Source: an uncultured Opitutia bacterium
GTDB lineage: Bacteria; Verrucomicrobiota; Verrucomicrobiia; Opitutales; Opitutaceae
Assembly: GCA_903896015.1 (NCBI GenBank)
Contig: CAITWF010000098.1
Location: 1-64,000 of the forward strand
DNA length: 64,000 nucleotides
Direction: 5' to 3'
The position numbers were made by a program, and so were the translations under genes. The number at the start of each line of letters is the position of its first letter. The stretch's first letter is position 1. The notes under the pieces were generated by a model, which saw only the letters and a list, made by a program, of their open reading frames with translations, did not search any database and was not told where the DNA came from. Positions 27,843-37,049 of this stretch are shown here, one piece after another.

Positions 27843-30026
27843 TTAGGCGGCGGCTTTGAGAGGAACGTCGGTGCGCGCGAGATGCGGCGGCGCGCTGACG
27901 ATGCCGGCGTTTTCGATGTCGGTCGCCGCGGGCAATTCTTGAAACGCGAGCACGGCGAGGCGCGGGAAGGACGATTCGAAGAAGCGCTTTAACGGGAGGC
28001 GAATTTCCGTCGAGACGATCATCACGGCCGGGTGACCCTGCGTCGTGAGCTCGCCGGTGCGGCGGTTGATCTCCTCGAGCAGGTGGCGCGTCGTGCCCGG
28101 ATCGAGAGCGAGGCCAACTTCGGTGGGCGAGCGATGAACCTTCGAAGCAAGCCATTGCTCAAGGCGCGGATCGAGCGTGATGGCGCGGATGACGCGCGGG
28201 CGGCACTCGTATTCCGGCACGAAGTAGAGCCCGAGGCGGCGGCGCACGAGTTCACTGAGATCGTCAGGGTTCTTCGAGAGCGACGCAAAGTCGGCGATGC
28301 CTTCGAGGATGAGCGGCTGGTTGGTAATCGCGACGTTTTCGCGGAGGAGGTTTTGAAAAACGCGCTGGATGATGCCGAGCGTGACGAGGTCCGGGAGCAG
28401 TTCGGCCACGAGCGCGGGCTGCGTAAGCTTGATGTGATCGACGAGCGACTGGACTTCCTGGCGGCCGAGCAGGTGGTGCGCATTGGCCTTGAGCGTCTCG
28501 GAGAGGTGCGTGATGAGGACCGAGGCCTGATCGACGACGGTGAAGCCGTTGAGCTCGGCGTTTTTCTTTTCCGCCTCGTCGATCCACGTGGCTTCGAGAT
28601 TGAAGACGGGCTCGCGCGTGGGCGCGCCTTTGAGGCGGATCTTGCTGCCAGCGACGTTCATCGCGAGCCAGCGGCCGGGCATGAGCGCGCCGCGGGCGAC
28701 GCACTTGCCACGAAGGAGGAAGCGGTAGTCGTTAGGCTCGAGTTCGAGATTGTCGCGGACGGAAATCGGCGGGACGACGATGCCCTTTTCGCGAGCGAGC
28801 GACTTGCGGACGCCAGTGACGCGCGCAAGCAGTTCCCCACCCGACTTCGCATCAGCAATGGATAGGAGGCCGTAACCGATCTCGATCGCGAAGATGTCGA
28901 CTTCGATGAGTTTTCGGACGTCTTCGGCGGCGGGCGCGGTGGTCGTGGTCGGGGCGGCGCCCTTGTCGCCGGCAGCAGGCGCGGCGTTTTTCGAGGTGCC
29001 GTTGGCTTTCGCGGCGGCGACGGCGGCTTCGGTGCCATGGGCGTGACCCGTGCGGGCCTCCTGCTCCTGCAAAATTTTTCCGAGGGAGGCGGCGATGGCG
29101 GCGAGGCTGAAGAACGGCACCATCGGCATACCGGGCATCAGGCCGAAGCTCGCGAGCATGACAGAGGCGATGCGCATCGCGCGCGGGTAGCGGAACAGCT
29201 GGCTGGCGAGCTGCGTGCCGAGGTTGGTGTTTTCCGAGGCGCGCGTGACGAGGATACCGGCGCCGACGGAGAGAATCAGCGCGGGAATTTGCGAGACGAG
29301 GCCGTCACCGATCGAGAGGAGCGTGAATTTTTGCAGCGACTCGCCGAGCGAGAGGCCCATCTGGAACACGCCGATCGCGAAACCGCCGACGACGTTGATG
29401 AGCGTGATGATGATGCCGGCGATCGCGTCACCGCGGACGAACTTCGAGGCACCGTCCATCGCGCCGTAAAAGTCGGCCTCCTTCTGCACCTTCACGCGGC
29501 GGGCGGTGGCGGTGACTTCGTCGATGATGCCGGCGTTGAGTTCGGCATCGATGGCCATCTGTTTGCCGGGGAGCGCGTCGAGCGTGAAACGCGCGCTCAC
29601 TTCGGCAATGCGGCCCGCACCCTTGGTGATGACGACGAAGTTGATGATGACGAGAATCAGAAACACGACGGCGCCGACGATGTAGTTGCCCTGAATCACG
29701 AAGTGGCCGAACGCATCGATCACGTGGCCGGCGTAGCCATTGATCAGCACCTGGCGCGTCGAGCTGATGTTGAGCGCGAGGCGGAACAGCGTGAGGGCGA
29801 GGAGCAGAGTCGGGAAACCGGAGAACTCCGGCGGATCCTTAACGTAGATGATCGCGAGCAGGACGAGCAGCGAGAGGCCGAGGTTCAGCGCCAGAAAAGT
29901 GTCCAGCATGAATGCCGGGATCGGCATGATCAGCAGCAGCACGATCGCGAACAGACCGCCGGTGAACAGCAGGTCCGCGCGCTTGAGCAGCGAAGCGACG
30001 GGCGACGGCGTTGAGGCGGCGGCCAT
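27843..30026 (-). CDS. flhA: FlhA flagellar export gate protein
   Basis: 727 aa; conserved TM region (FRLALNISSTR, GDGLVSQIPALILSVGAGILVTR) plus cytoplasmic domain. Confidence 0.95.
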   Translation of the reverse strand: MAAASTPSPVASLLKRADLLFTGGLFAIVLLLIMPIPAFMLDTFLALNLGLSLLVLLAIIYVKDPPEFSGFPTLLLALTLFRLALNISSTRQVLINGYAGHVIDAFGHFVIQGNYIVGAVVFLILVIINFVVITKGAGRIAEVSARFTLDALPGKQMAIDAELNAGIIDEVTATARRVKVQKEADFYGAMDGASKFVRGDAIAGIIITLINVVGGFAIGVFQMGLSLGESLQKFTLLSIGDGLVSQIPALILSVGAGILVTRASENTNLGTQLASQLFRYPRAMRIASVMLASFGLMPGMPMVPFFSLAAIAASLGKILQEQEARTGHAHGTEAAVAAAKANGTSKNAAPAAGDKGAAPTTTTAPAAEDVRKLIEVDIFAIEIGYGLLSIADAKSGGELLARVTGVRKSLAREKGIVVPPISVRDNLELEPNDYRFLLRGKCVARGALMPGRWLAMNVAGSKIRLKGAPTREPVFNLEATWIDEAEKKNAELNGFTVVDQASVLITHLSETLKANAHHLLGRQEVQSLVDHIKLTQPALVAELLPDLVTLGIIQRVFQNLLRENVAITNQPLILEGIADFASLSKNPDDLSELVRRRLGLYFVPEYECRPRVIRAITLDPRLEQWLASKVHRSPTEVGLALDPGTTRHLLEEINRRTGELTTQGHPAVMIVSTEIRLPLKRFFESSFPRLAVLAFQELPAATDIENAGIVSAPPHLARTDVPLKAAA

Positions 30027-30027
30027 G

Positions 30028-31131
30028 TTAATTCGCGGCCTCCAACCGGCGGGTCTTCAGACGGTGGAAGTAATAGCGGTGCGTGCGATAGACGACCGCG
30101 AGAATCTGGGCGACGGCCTGATAGAGCTGGGCCGGGATCGTCTCACCGACCTTACCCATCGCGAAGAGCAGGCGCGCCACCGGCTTGTTTTCGACAGTAG
30201 GCACGCCGTGTTCGGCGGCGAGGGCCTTGATGCGCTGCGCAAAGCGGTTCTCACCCTTCGCAAGGACGACCGGAGCCTTGTCCTTGCCGCGCTCGTATTT
30301 GAGGGCGACGGCAAAGTGAGTCGGATTCGTGACGACCACGTCAGCGGTCTTCACCGCGGCCAACATCTGCTTCTGCATCAGGCGGCGCGCCATGCGGCGC
30401 ATCGCGGCCTTCGTGTGCTGATCGCCCTGCGCCTGGCGGTGCTCGTCCTTCACTTCCTGCCGCGTCATCATCAGCTCGCGCGACATCTTGAATTTTTCGT
30501 ATCCGTAGCTGACCGCAGCGACGATCCCGAGCGCGAGCACAAGGCGCGAGAGAAACACGAGCGTTGCCTGATGGAGAAACTGTCCAAGATAAGCCGCCTC
30601 GACCGGCGCGCTGAACAGCGGATCGAACATCAGGCCGCGCGCGCCAAGCCAGAGCGCGGTGCCTATCGCGACGAGTTTCAGCAAATCAATACCCGCCTTC
30701 GCTAAGACCGATTTGGAAAAAATCCGCCCGAAGCCCGCGACCACATCGAGGCTTTCGAGCTTAAACATCGCCGCCTTCGGGGTGAGCCGGAAACCGCTTT
30801 GCACGCCGCCCGCGAGTAAGGTCGCACCCACGATGCCGAGCATCAGCGGCATGAGCACCTTGCCTGTCGTGAGCATCAGTTCGCCGAGTTGAATCGTGAC
30901 CGTGTCGAGCGCGACGGGCGTGCTGGCGAATCGCGTGAACATGCTCGCCGCGTATTCCGCGACGTCGTGCGAGGCGGCCTGCGCCGTGAAGCCCAGCACA
31001 CCGAGCAGCGCGGCAAACACGAAGAGCACCGTAATCTCGTGGCTCTTCGCAAACTGGCCGCGCTCATGCGCCTCGGAGAGTTTTTTCTCCGTCGGCTCCT
31101 CGGTTTTTTGGTCTTGGTCTTGGTCGGCCAT
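30028..31131 (-). CDS. flhB: FlhB export switch protein
   Basis: N-terminus MADQDQDQKTEEPTEKKL...GQFAKS and the NPTH autocleavage site. Start trimmed to the ATG 12 nt inside the ORF's GTG. Confidence 0.93.
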   Translation of the reverse strand: MADQDQDQKTEEPTEKKLSEAHERGQFAKSHEITVLFVFAALLGVLGFTAQAASHDVAEYAASMFTRFASTPVALDTVTIQLGELMLTTGKVLMPLMLGIVGATLLAGGVQSGFRLTPKAAMFKLESLDVVAGFGRIFSKSVLAKAGIDLLKLVAIGTALWLGARGLMFDPLFSAPVEAAYLGQFLHQATLVFLSRLVLALGIVAAVSYGYEKFKMSRELMMTRQEVKDEHRQAQGDQHTKAAMRRMARRLMQKQMLAAVKTADVVVTNPTHFAVALKYERGKDKAPVVLAKGENRFAQRIKALAAEHGVPTVENKPVARLLFAMGKVGETIPAQLYQAVAQILAVVYRTHRYYFHRLKTRRLEAAN

Positions 31132-31151
31132 TTTGCGGTGCACGCCCTATC

Positions 31152-31166
31152 GCAATGCCGATGCCA
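31152..31166 (-). promoter_or_regulatory. Sigma54-type -24/-12 element (TGGCAT-N5-TTGC) 20 nt upstream of the flhB ATG
   Basis: Minus strand reads TTGGCATCGGCATTGCGATAGGGCGTGCACCGCAAA-ATG. Lies just downstream of the fliR terminator. Confidence 0.4.
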
Positions 31167-31263
31167 ACGCTCCTTAACCTCGCGCTAGCTCCCGGTGGGC
31201 AATGAGTTAAACTTTTCGCCACGCACGCGTTTGCCCGAAATAAGAATTCGCCGGAAGTTGCGT

Positions 31264-31288
31264 AAAAAACGCGGCAAATTTTGCCGCG
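31264..31288 (-). terminator. Rho-independent terminator between fliR and flhB
   Basis: CGCGGCAAA-T-TTTGCCGCG perfect palindrome followed by TTTTTT on the minus strand, 13 nt after the fliR stop. Confidence 0.7.
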
Positions 31289-31301
31289 CGACCGTCGGCG
31301 T

Positions 31302-32054
31302 TCAGCGCGCCGGCAACATTTGCAGCATTCGCATCGGTGCGTCGCCAAACTCCGTATAGAGGTAGCGTGCGAGCAGCGATCCGCCCGTGCCGAGCAATCC
31401 GAATCCAATCAGGGCCCGTGCGGAAATGCTCACGACGAACACATTCATCTTCGGCACCGCCCGGCCGAGCGCCGAAAAAGCGAGCGTCACGAGAAAGTTC
31501 ATCGCGATAAACGGTGCCGCGATCCGCAAGCCCAACTCGATCACATGACCCGTCGCACGGATCATCGCCGCACTGGCGCCGGCATCGAGCGCCGACCGGC
31601 CCGCCGGCGAGAGATAAAAACTCCGCGCAAACGCGGCGAGGACTGCGTGGTGGCCGCCGAGCAGAAAGAATAAAACAACCGCGAGCGCCGACAACATTGC
31701 CGCGAGCGGCTCCTGACTGAGTTCGGGCGCGCCCATGCCCGGCAGCGCCGAAAGCCCGATCTCCGAGGAGATGACGCGGCCGGCCATTTCCACGGCGGAA
31801 AATGCCAGTCGCGCCACGAACCCGAGCGCGAGCCCAAGCATCACCTCGCCTGCGGTCGCGGCGATGAACGGCCAGAGCGTCAGCGGCACGGGTGCCGCCG
31901 GCACCAACCCGACCAGCAACGTCGCGAGGCACACGCAAAACCCAACGCGCATCGGAATCGGGATCGGGTGACCTGCGAGCACCGGCAGTTGCAGCACCAC
32001 GCCGATCGAGCGCAGGAAAATCATCAGCCAGGCGAGCAAGTAGTCGAGCGACAT
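31302..32054 (-). CDS. fliR: FliR export apparatus protein
   Basis: 250-aa polytopic protein with FliR-like helices; follows fliQ. Confidence 0.9.
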   Translation of the reverse strand: MSLDYLLAWLMIFLRSIGVVLQLPVLAGHPIPIPMRVGFCVCLATLLVGLVPAAPVPLTLWPFIAATAGEVMLGLALGFVARLAFSAVEMAGRVISSEIGLSALPGMGAPELSQEPLAAMLSALAVVLFFLLGGHHAVLAAFARSFYLSPAGRSALDAGASAAMIRATGHVIELGLRIAAPFIAMNFLVTLAFSALGRAVPKMNVFVVSISARALIGFGLLGTGGSLLARYLYTEFGDAPMRMLQMLPAR

Positions 32055-32084
32055 GGGAACGCCGGCGGTTTTACAGCCAACGGA

Positions 32085-32354
32085 TCAGTGCCCCAGCGTG
32101 CCCATCCGCGTGATGGTCGTGATCGTGAATTCGGAGAGCGTGCGCAACAGCCACGGCGTCAGCACCAAGCACAGCCCGGCGAGCGCGATGAGTTTCGGGA
32201 TGAACGTGAGAGTCTGCTCCTGCATCGAGGTGACCGATTGCAGCAAACTCGCGAGAATCCCGACCACCAAGGTCACGCCGAGAAACGGCGCGACGACGTA
32301 GAGTGCGAACACCACGGTCGATTTGAAGAGGTCGATGGCGAGGTCGGGATTCAT
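32085..32354 (-). CDS. fliQ: FliQ export apparatus protein
   Basis: 89 aa, two TM helices, typical FliQ pattern. Confidence 0.92.
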   Translation of the reverse strand: MNPDLAIDLFKSTVVFALYVVAPFLGVTLVVGILASLLQSVTSMQEQTLTFIPKLIALAGLCLVLTPWLLRTLSEFTITTITRMGTLGH

Positions 32355-33208
32355 ACGGCGAAACTTTGCACGAGTGACCGGACGACGAGGTGCCAGCCGT
32401 CCACGAGCACGAAGAGCAGCAGCTTGAGCGGCAATGCGACCGTCGTCGGCGGCATCATCATCATGCCGAGCGCCATCAGCACCGAAGACACGAGAAAATC
32501 GATCACAAGAAACGGAAGGAAAAGCAGGAAGCCCATCTGAAACGCCGTCTGCAGCTCGCTAATCACGAACGCGGGAATGACCACGCGCATCGGCAGATCC
32601 TTGATCGCGGTCGGGCCAAAGCCGCCGAGTTCGAGGAAATACTCAATGTCGCGCGTGCGCGTTTGCTTCAGCATGAATTGCTTCAACGGTTGCGCGGCGT
32701 TGTCGAGTGCCTGCACCGAGGTGATCTTGCCGTCGAGATACGGACGGAGCGCCTCGCTGTTCACGCGATCGATGACCGGGCCCATGAGGAAAAACGTGAG
32801 GAAGAGCGAGAGCCCGACGATGATTTGATTCGAGGGCGCGCTGGGCGTGCCGAGCGCGGTGCGCACGAAGCCGAGCACGATTACAATGCGCGTGAAGCTC
32901 GTCATCAGCAAGACGATCGAAGGCGCGACGGAGAGCAGTGTCATCACGATCACGATTTGGATCGCGACGCTCACCTCGCCAGACTGACCGCCTGTGCCCT
33001 CAAGCCCGATGTTGAGCTTGAAGGGATCGGCTTTGGCGGGCGCGGCAGCGGCAATCGGCACGGTGGCGGGGGCGATCGCGGGAGCCGAAGCAGAAGTCGA
33101 CGGCGTGATGACGGATGACGTCGTTGTTTGTGCGAGCGCCGCCGGCGTGAGTGCGGCGCATGTCCACAGGACGGCCGCGAACAAAACGAGAAAGAGGCGC
33201 CGAATCAT
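32351..33208 (-). CDS. fliP: FliP export apparatus protein
   Basis: Signal peptide plus conserved FliP core (TSFTRIVIVLGFVRTALG...; GFLLFLPFLVIDFLVSSVLMALGMMM). Confidence 0.95.
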   Translation of the reverse strand: MIRRLFLVLFAAVLWTCAALTPAALAQTTTSSVITPSTSASAPAIAPATVPIAAAAPAKADPFKLNIGLEGTGGQSGEVSVAIQIVIVMTLLSVAPSIVLLMTSFTRIVIVLGFVRTALGTPSAPSNQIIVGLSLFLTFFLMGPVIDRVNSEALRPYLDGKITSVQALDNAAQPLKQFMLKQTRTRDIEYFLELGGFGPTAIKDLPMRVVIPAFVISELQTAFQMGFLLFLPFLVIDFLVSSVLMALGMMMMPPTTVALPLKLLLFVLVDGWHLVVRSLVQSFAV

Positions 33209-33606
33209 GCGCGCGCGTCCTCGTCATCGGCCGAGGCCGCGAGCGGCGTCAGCATTTCGATCCTGCCCGGCGTGACGCCGAGCAGGAATTTTTTGTCCTC
33301 GTAGGATGCGACGACGAGATACTGGCGGTTGCCGAGCGAGCGCGTTTCCTGAATCGAGAGCTGGCGGGCGTCGCGCGAAAGCGGCGCGCCGGTGCGGTTG
33401 CGCCAGATGAGCCAGGCGCCGACGCCGGCCAGCGCCACGCCGACGAGCAGCGTGACCAAGCCCAGCCCGCCGCCCGTCGCGGGCGAGTTCGCCGTCGAGG
33501 AGGCGCCGGGGAAAATAATTTTTGTTTCGTCGGCGGTCGCCGCGAACGACGCGGCCGCCCAAGCGAGGGCGGTGAGCGCGGCGAAAGTTGCGCGCGAGCG
33601 GTTCAT
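33205..33606 (-). CDS. fliO: FliO/FliZ-like flagellar biosynthesis protein
   Basis: 133 aa, single TM, C-terminal LLGVTPGRIEMLTPL. Position between fliN and fliP. Confidence 0.6.
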   Translation of the reverse strand: MNRSRATFAALTALAWAAASFAATADETKIIFPGASSTANSPATGGGLGLVTLLVGVALAGVGAWLIWRNRTGAPLSRDARQLSIQETRSLGNRQYLVVASYEDKKFLLGVTPGRIEMLTPLAASADDEDARA

Positions 33607-33869
33607 GCCGGTTTCACGGAGCCGACGAGCTCGGTGATCTTAATGCCGAAGTTGTCTTCGACGACGACGACTTCGCCATAGGCGATGAGCTTGTCGTTGA
33701 CGTAGAGGCCGACGGGATCGCTGGCGTGCTGCGTGAGCTGCACGATCGAGCCGGGCGTGAGCTCGAGCACATCGCGCATCGGCAGCTGGACCGAGCCGAG
33801 TTGCACGGTCACTTTGACCTTCACGTCGAGGACGATATCAAGAGACTTTTCTTCCATCAGGTTTGGCAT
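33603..33869 (-). CDS. fliN: FliN C-ring protein (SpoA domain)
   Basis: 88 aa with LELTPGSIVQL...G..V..Y.NDKLIAYGEVVVVEDNFGIKITELV. Confidence 0.9.
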   Translation of the reverse strand: MPNLMEEKSLDIVLDVKVKVTVQLGSVQLPMRDVLELTPGSIVQLTQHASDPVGLYVNDKLIAYGEVVVVEDNFGIKITELVGSVKPA

Positions 33870-34887
33870 GGGCAGTGTCTTCCGGGGGAAGTTTGCGGGT
33901 GAGTTGGACGGCGACGCGCTCGGAATCGAGTCCGATCGTGCCGACGAATTTTGGCGTGCCGTTGAGGAGCACGCGGGTTTCGTTGCAGAGGGAGTGCGGC
34001 ATTTCGATCACGTCGCCGACGCGGAGGCTTGTGATCTCGCGGAGGCTGAGTTCAAACGCCTCCCACTGAGCGCGCAGCGGCATCGTGATGCGGTCGTAGG
34101 AGGTCTGCCACTCGGCGCGTTTCACGGTGGCGGTGATGGCGTTGTCCTTCTGTCGGCGCGCCTGCATCGATTTCACCATCGGCTCGATGGTGTAATACGG
34201 GACGCCGATTTGGATCTGCTCGGAGCAGTCACCGAAATTGCACTCGAGCGTCATGGCGAGGACGATCGCGTCCTTGGGTGAAGTTTGGAGGAAACGGCCG
34301 TTGTTCTCGTGACCGATCGTGAGCGGGTGGAGTTCCTGCTCGGTCTTCCACTGCGCGCACCATTCCTCAAGGACGATGATCAACACATCCTCGATCAGCG
34401 CGATTTCGATCTCGGTGAGGTAGCGCTCGGCCTTCACCGAGTGGCCGCGGCCACCGAGGAGGCGATCGGCGATCGTGAGGGCGAGGCGCGGGTTGAGATC
34501 GAGGATGCCGACGCCGACGAGCGGCTCGACCTTGAAGAGGGTAAGATGCGTGGGGCTCGGAAGCGACTCGGTGAACTTCGCGTAGGAGACCGTCGTGAGC
34601 TTGGCCATCTTGAGACCGAACTCCATGCGCAGAAACAGCGAGAGGCGGGCGCTGAGATAGCGGATGAAATCCTCGTGAAGGAGACGCAGTCGGCGCAGCT
34701 CGGCCTCGGAGAGAAAGGCGGGGTTGCGAAAATCGTAGGGCTCGATTTTCGAGTTCGTGGCCATCGCGCCGCCCGCGTTGATCAGGACGGGCTTGGGCGC
34801 GGCCGACTCGGCGGTCTGCGCGAGCAGCTTGTCGATCTCGGATTGATCGAGAAAGTCGGTCGCGGGCTTTTGCGGGGCTTCGGCCAT
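33838..34887 (-). CDS. fliM: FliM C-ring switch protein
   Basis: N-terminal LSQSEIDKLL CheY-P binding motif, central FliM domain, C-terminal SpoA-like domain. Confidence 0.92.
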   Translation of the reverse strand: MAEAPQKPATDFLDQSEIDKLLAQTAESAAPKPVLINAGGAMATNSKIEPYDFRNPAFLSEAELRRLRLLHEDFIRYLSARLSLFLRMEFGLKMAKLTTVSYAKFTESLPSPTHLTLFKVEPLVGVGILDLNPRLALTIADRLLGGRGHSVKAERYLTEIEIALIEDVLIIVLEEWCAQWKTEQELHPLTIGHENNGRFLQTSPKDAIVLAMTLECNFGDCSEQIQIGVPYYTIEPMVKSMQARRQKDNAITATVKRAEWQTSYDRITMPLRAQWEAFELSLREITSLRVGDVIEMPHSLCNETRVLLNGTPKFVGTIGLDSERVAVQLTRKLPPEDTAHAKPDGRKVS

Positions 34888-34911
34888 GACAGCAGGAGGG
34901 AGGCGGAGGCC

Positions 34912-35523
34912 TTACTGAATTACGAAATCCGAAAAGTAGACTTGCTCGGCAACTTTCTTACCGAGGGCCTGGTTGTAGGCGGCGACGAGTTTTTCGCGGA
35001 TGACGTTCTTCGCGCCCGGCTCCTCGAGATCGGCGAGCGTGAGCGAAGACAAGACGTTGAGCGTGACGTCGGTGAGGCGCGGCTTGGCGGCGTCGAAGGT
35101 GGTCTTGATGCTGCTATCGACGCCGGCGACGAGGAACGTGGTCTTGAGATAACGCGTGCCCATGGTGCCGGCGAGATTCACGACGACGTTTTGAAATTCG
35201 TAGGTCGCGCCTTCCTTGCCCTCTTTGCCGCCCTTACCCTCTTTGCCTTCCTTGCCTCCATGGCTTTCGCCGCCTTCGGCGGGCGCGGCTTCAGGCGGAG
35301 GCATCGTGGCAATTTTTTTCTGGAGGCGCGGCAGCACGACGAATTCGACAGCGGCCCACGTAGCGACGGGCGCGAGCAGGATGCTCGCAATCACCGGGAG
35401 CCAGGCGGCGAGCGCAGATTTTTTCGCCGGGGCGGCGATGGGCGCGGCGGCGGGTGCGTCACCCTTGGCAGCGGCTTCGGGCTTCGCGGCGGCGGGAGGA
35501 GCTTCGGTTTTGGCAGCGGCCAT
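34912..35523 (-). CDS. fliL: FliL flagellar basal-body-associated protein
   Basis: Ala/Lys-rich N-terminus, one TM, C-terminal FliL domain (FQNVVVNL.....RYLKTTFLV). Confidence 0.8.
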   Translation of the reverse strand: MAAAKTEAPPAAAKPEAAAKGDAPAAAPIAAPAKKSALAAWLPVIASILLAPVATWAAVEFVVLPRLQKKIATMPPPEAAPAEGGESHGGKEGKEGKGGKEGKEGATYEFQNVVVNLAGTMGTRYLKTTFLVAGVDSSIKTTFDAAKPRLTDVTLNVLSSLTLADLEEPGAKNVIREKLVAAYNQALGKKVAEQVYFSDFVIQ

Positions 35524-35619
35524 GGCGGGGAAGGATTCGAGAGTTGAGACGCCGAGGGCGGCGGGTGTGGCGGGTGTGAGCAGTCAGGCCGCACCCGGCG
35601 CTCAACTCACTTAAAGGGA

Positions 35620-36501
35620 TCAGCGGGTCTTCAGGTTGGTGATGTCCTCAAGCACGGTGTCGGATACGGTGATGAGGCGTGAAGCGGCTTGGAAGCTGCG
35701 CTGGGTGGTAATGAGGTTCGCAAATTGCTGCGTGAGATCGACGTTCGAGAGTTCAAGCGTGCCTGCTTGGATGGAGCCGAGGCCGCTGCCGCCGGGGGTG
35801 TTGCTGGCCGCCGAGAGCGTAGTCGAGCCGCTGACGGGCCCCGCCGCGGCCATCGCGCTGTAGAGGCCGTTGCCCACCGCCTGAAGCGCGGACGGGTCGT
35901 TGAAATTCTGCATCAGGAGCTGGTTGGTCGTGGCGGAGGTGCCGTCAGAGTAAAATTCCACGAGGTTGCCCGCGCGATCGATGCTGAAGGATTGAAGTTC
36001 GGTGCCGGAGGGCGGAGTGCCGAGCTTGATGTCGCCGACGGTCGCGGGGGCGCTGCCCGCGGCGCCGCCCGTGAGGCCCTGCACGCGGTAACCTTGCTGC
36101 GTGGTGAGATAGCCCTGCGAGTCCATGCGGAACGAACCGGCGCGCGTGGCAAAGCTCGTGCTGTCGCTAGGATTCTTGACAACGAAGTAGCCGTTGCCGG
36201 AGATGCCGAGGTCAGTGTTGCTACCAGTGGTGGAGAGCGAACCCTGGGAGAAATTGGTGGCGATGCCGGCGAGACTGACACCGGTGCCGACTCCCACGGT
36301 GGGCGTGTCGGAGCCGCCGCCGCCGGACGGCGCGGGCGAAGAAGCCTGCAGAATATTGCTGAAACTGTCCGCGTATTTCACGTCGGCGCTCTTGAACCCC
36401 GTCGTGTTGACGTTCGCGATGTTGTTGCCGATGACTTCGAGGCCTTTTTGAAACGTGCGCAGCGCAGAGACGCCGCTGTCCATGGTGCCGATGAGTGACA
36501 T
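35620..36501 (-). CDS. flgE: FlgE hook protein (short 293-aa Bacillus-like form)
   Basis: N-terminal MSLIGTMDSGVSAL...NNIANVNTTGFK and C-terminal LELSNVDLTQQFANLITTQRSFQA rod/hook helices. Confidence 0.85.
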   Translation of the reverse strand: MSLIGTMDSGVSALRTFQKGLEVIGNNIANVNTTGFKSADVKYADSFSNILQASSPAPSGGGGSDTPTVGVGTGVSLAGIATNFSQGSLSTTGSNTDLGISGNGYFVVKNPSDSTSFATRAGSFRMDSQGYLTTQQGYRVQGLTGGAAGSAPATVGDIKLGTPPSGTELQSFSIDRAGNLVEFYSDGTSATTNQLLMQNFNDPSALQAVGNGLYSAMAAAGPVSGSTTLSAASNTPGGSGLGSIQAGTLELSNVDLTQQFANLITTQRSFQAASRLITVSDTVLEDITNLKTR

Positions 36502-36548
36502 AGTGATGAATTATTGGTTTGGGTTGATGTCTGCCCGGTGGAGACCGG

Positions 36549-37043
36549 TTACGAACTGGGAGTTGAAGAAGGCGGGACGACGGGCGCCGATGAGCTCGTG
36601 CTCGGAGGCTGGACGGAGACCACGGAGGACAGGGGATAGGACTGTCCGTTGACGATGATCTGCGGTGCGCTGCCGCTCGCATCAACCTTCGTGACGTTGC
36701 CGGTATCGGTCTGACCGCTGGAGGTGTTCACCGTGACTTGCAGACCCAGATACGAGTTGGCCTGCGTGAGGCTCTGCGCGGCGTTGAGCTGCGTGATCTG
36801 TTGCACAAGCGTGTTCGTCTGCTGGAGCGAGGTAAACTGCGCGGTCTGTGCAATGAACGCGGTGTCGTCCATCGGCTTCAACGGATCCTGCTGCTGAAAC
36901 TGCGTCGCAAGCAGCTTCATGAAATCATTGATCCCCAGGGTCTGCTGGCCCGTGGTCGTGGTCGGCGCCGTGGCGCTTGAGGCGGAGCTGTCCGTCGCGG
37001 CGTAGGCCGTCTTGTTCGAGGAGATACTGGTAACGGAGGACAT
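36549..37043 (-). CDS. flgD: FlgD hook capping protein
   Basis: LGINDFMKLLATQFQQQDPLKPMDDTAFIAQTAQFTSLQQ ... matches the FlgD N-domain. Confidence 0.85.
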   Translation of the reverse strand: MSSVTSISSNKTAYAATDSSASSATAPTTTTGQQTLGINDFMKLLATQFQQQDPLKPMDDTAFIAQTAQFTSLQQTNTLVQQITQLNAAQSLTQANSYLGLQVTVNTSSGQTDTGNVTKVDASGSAPQIIVNGQSYPLSSVVSVQPPSTSSSAPVVPPSSTPSS

Positions 37044-37049
37044 GGGATT

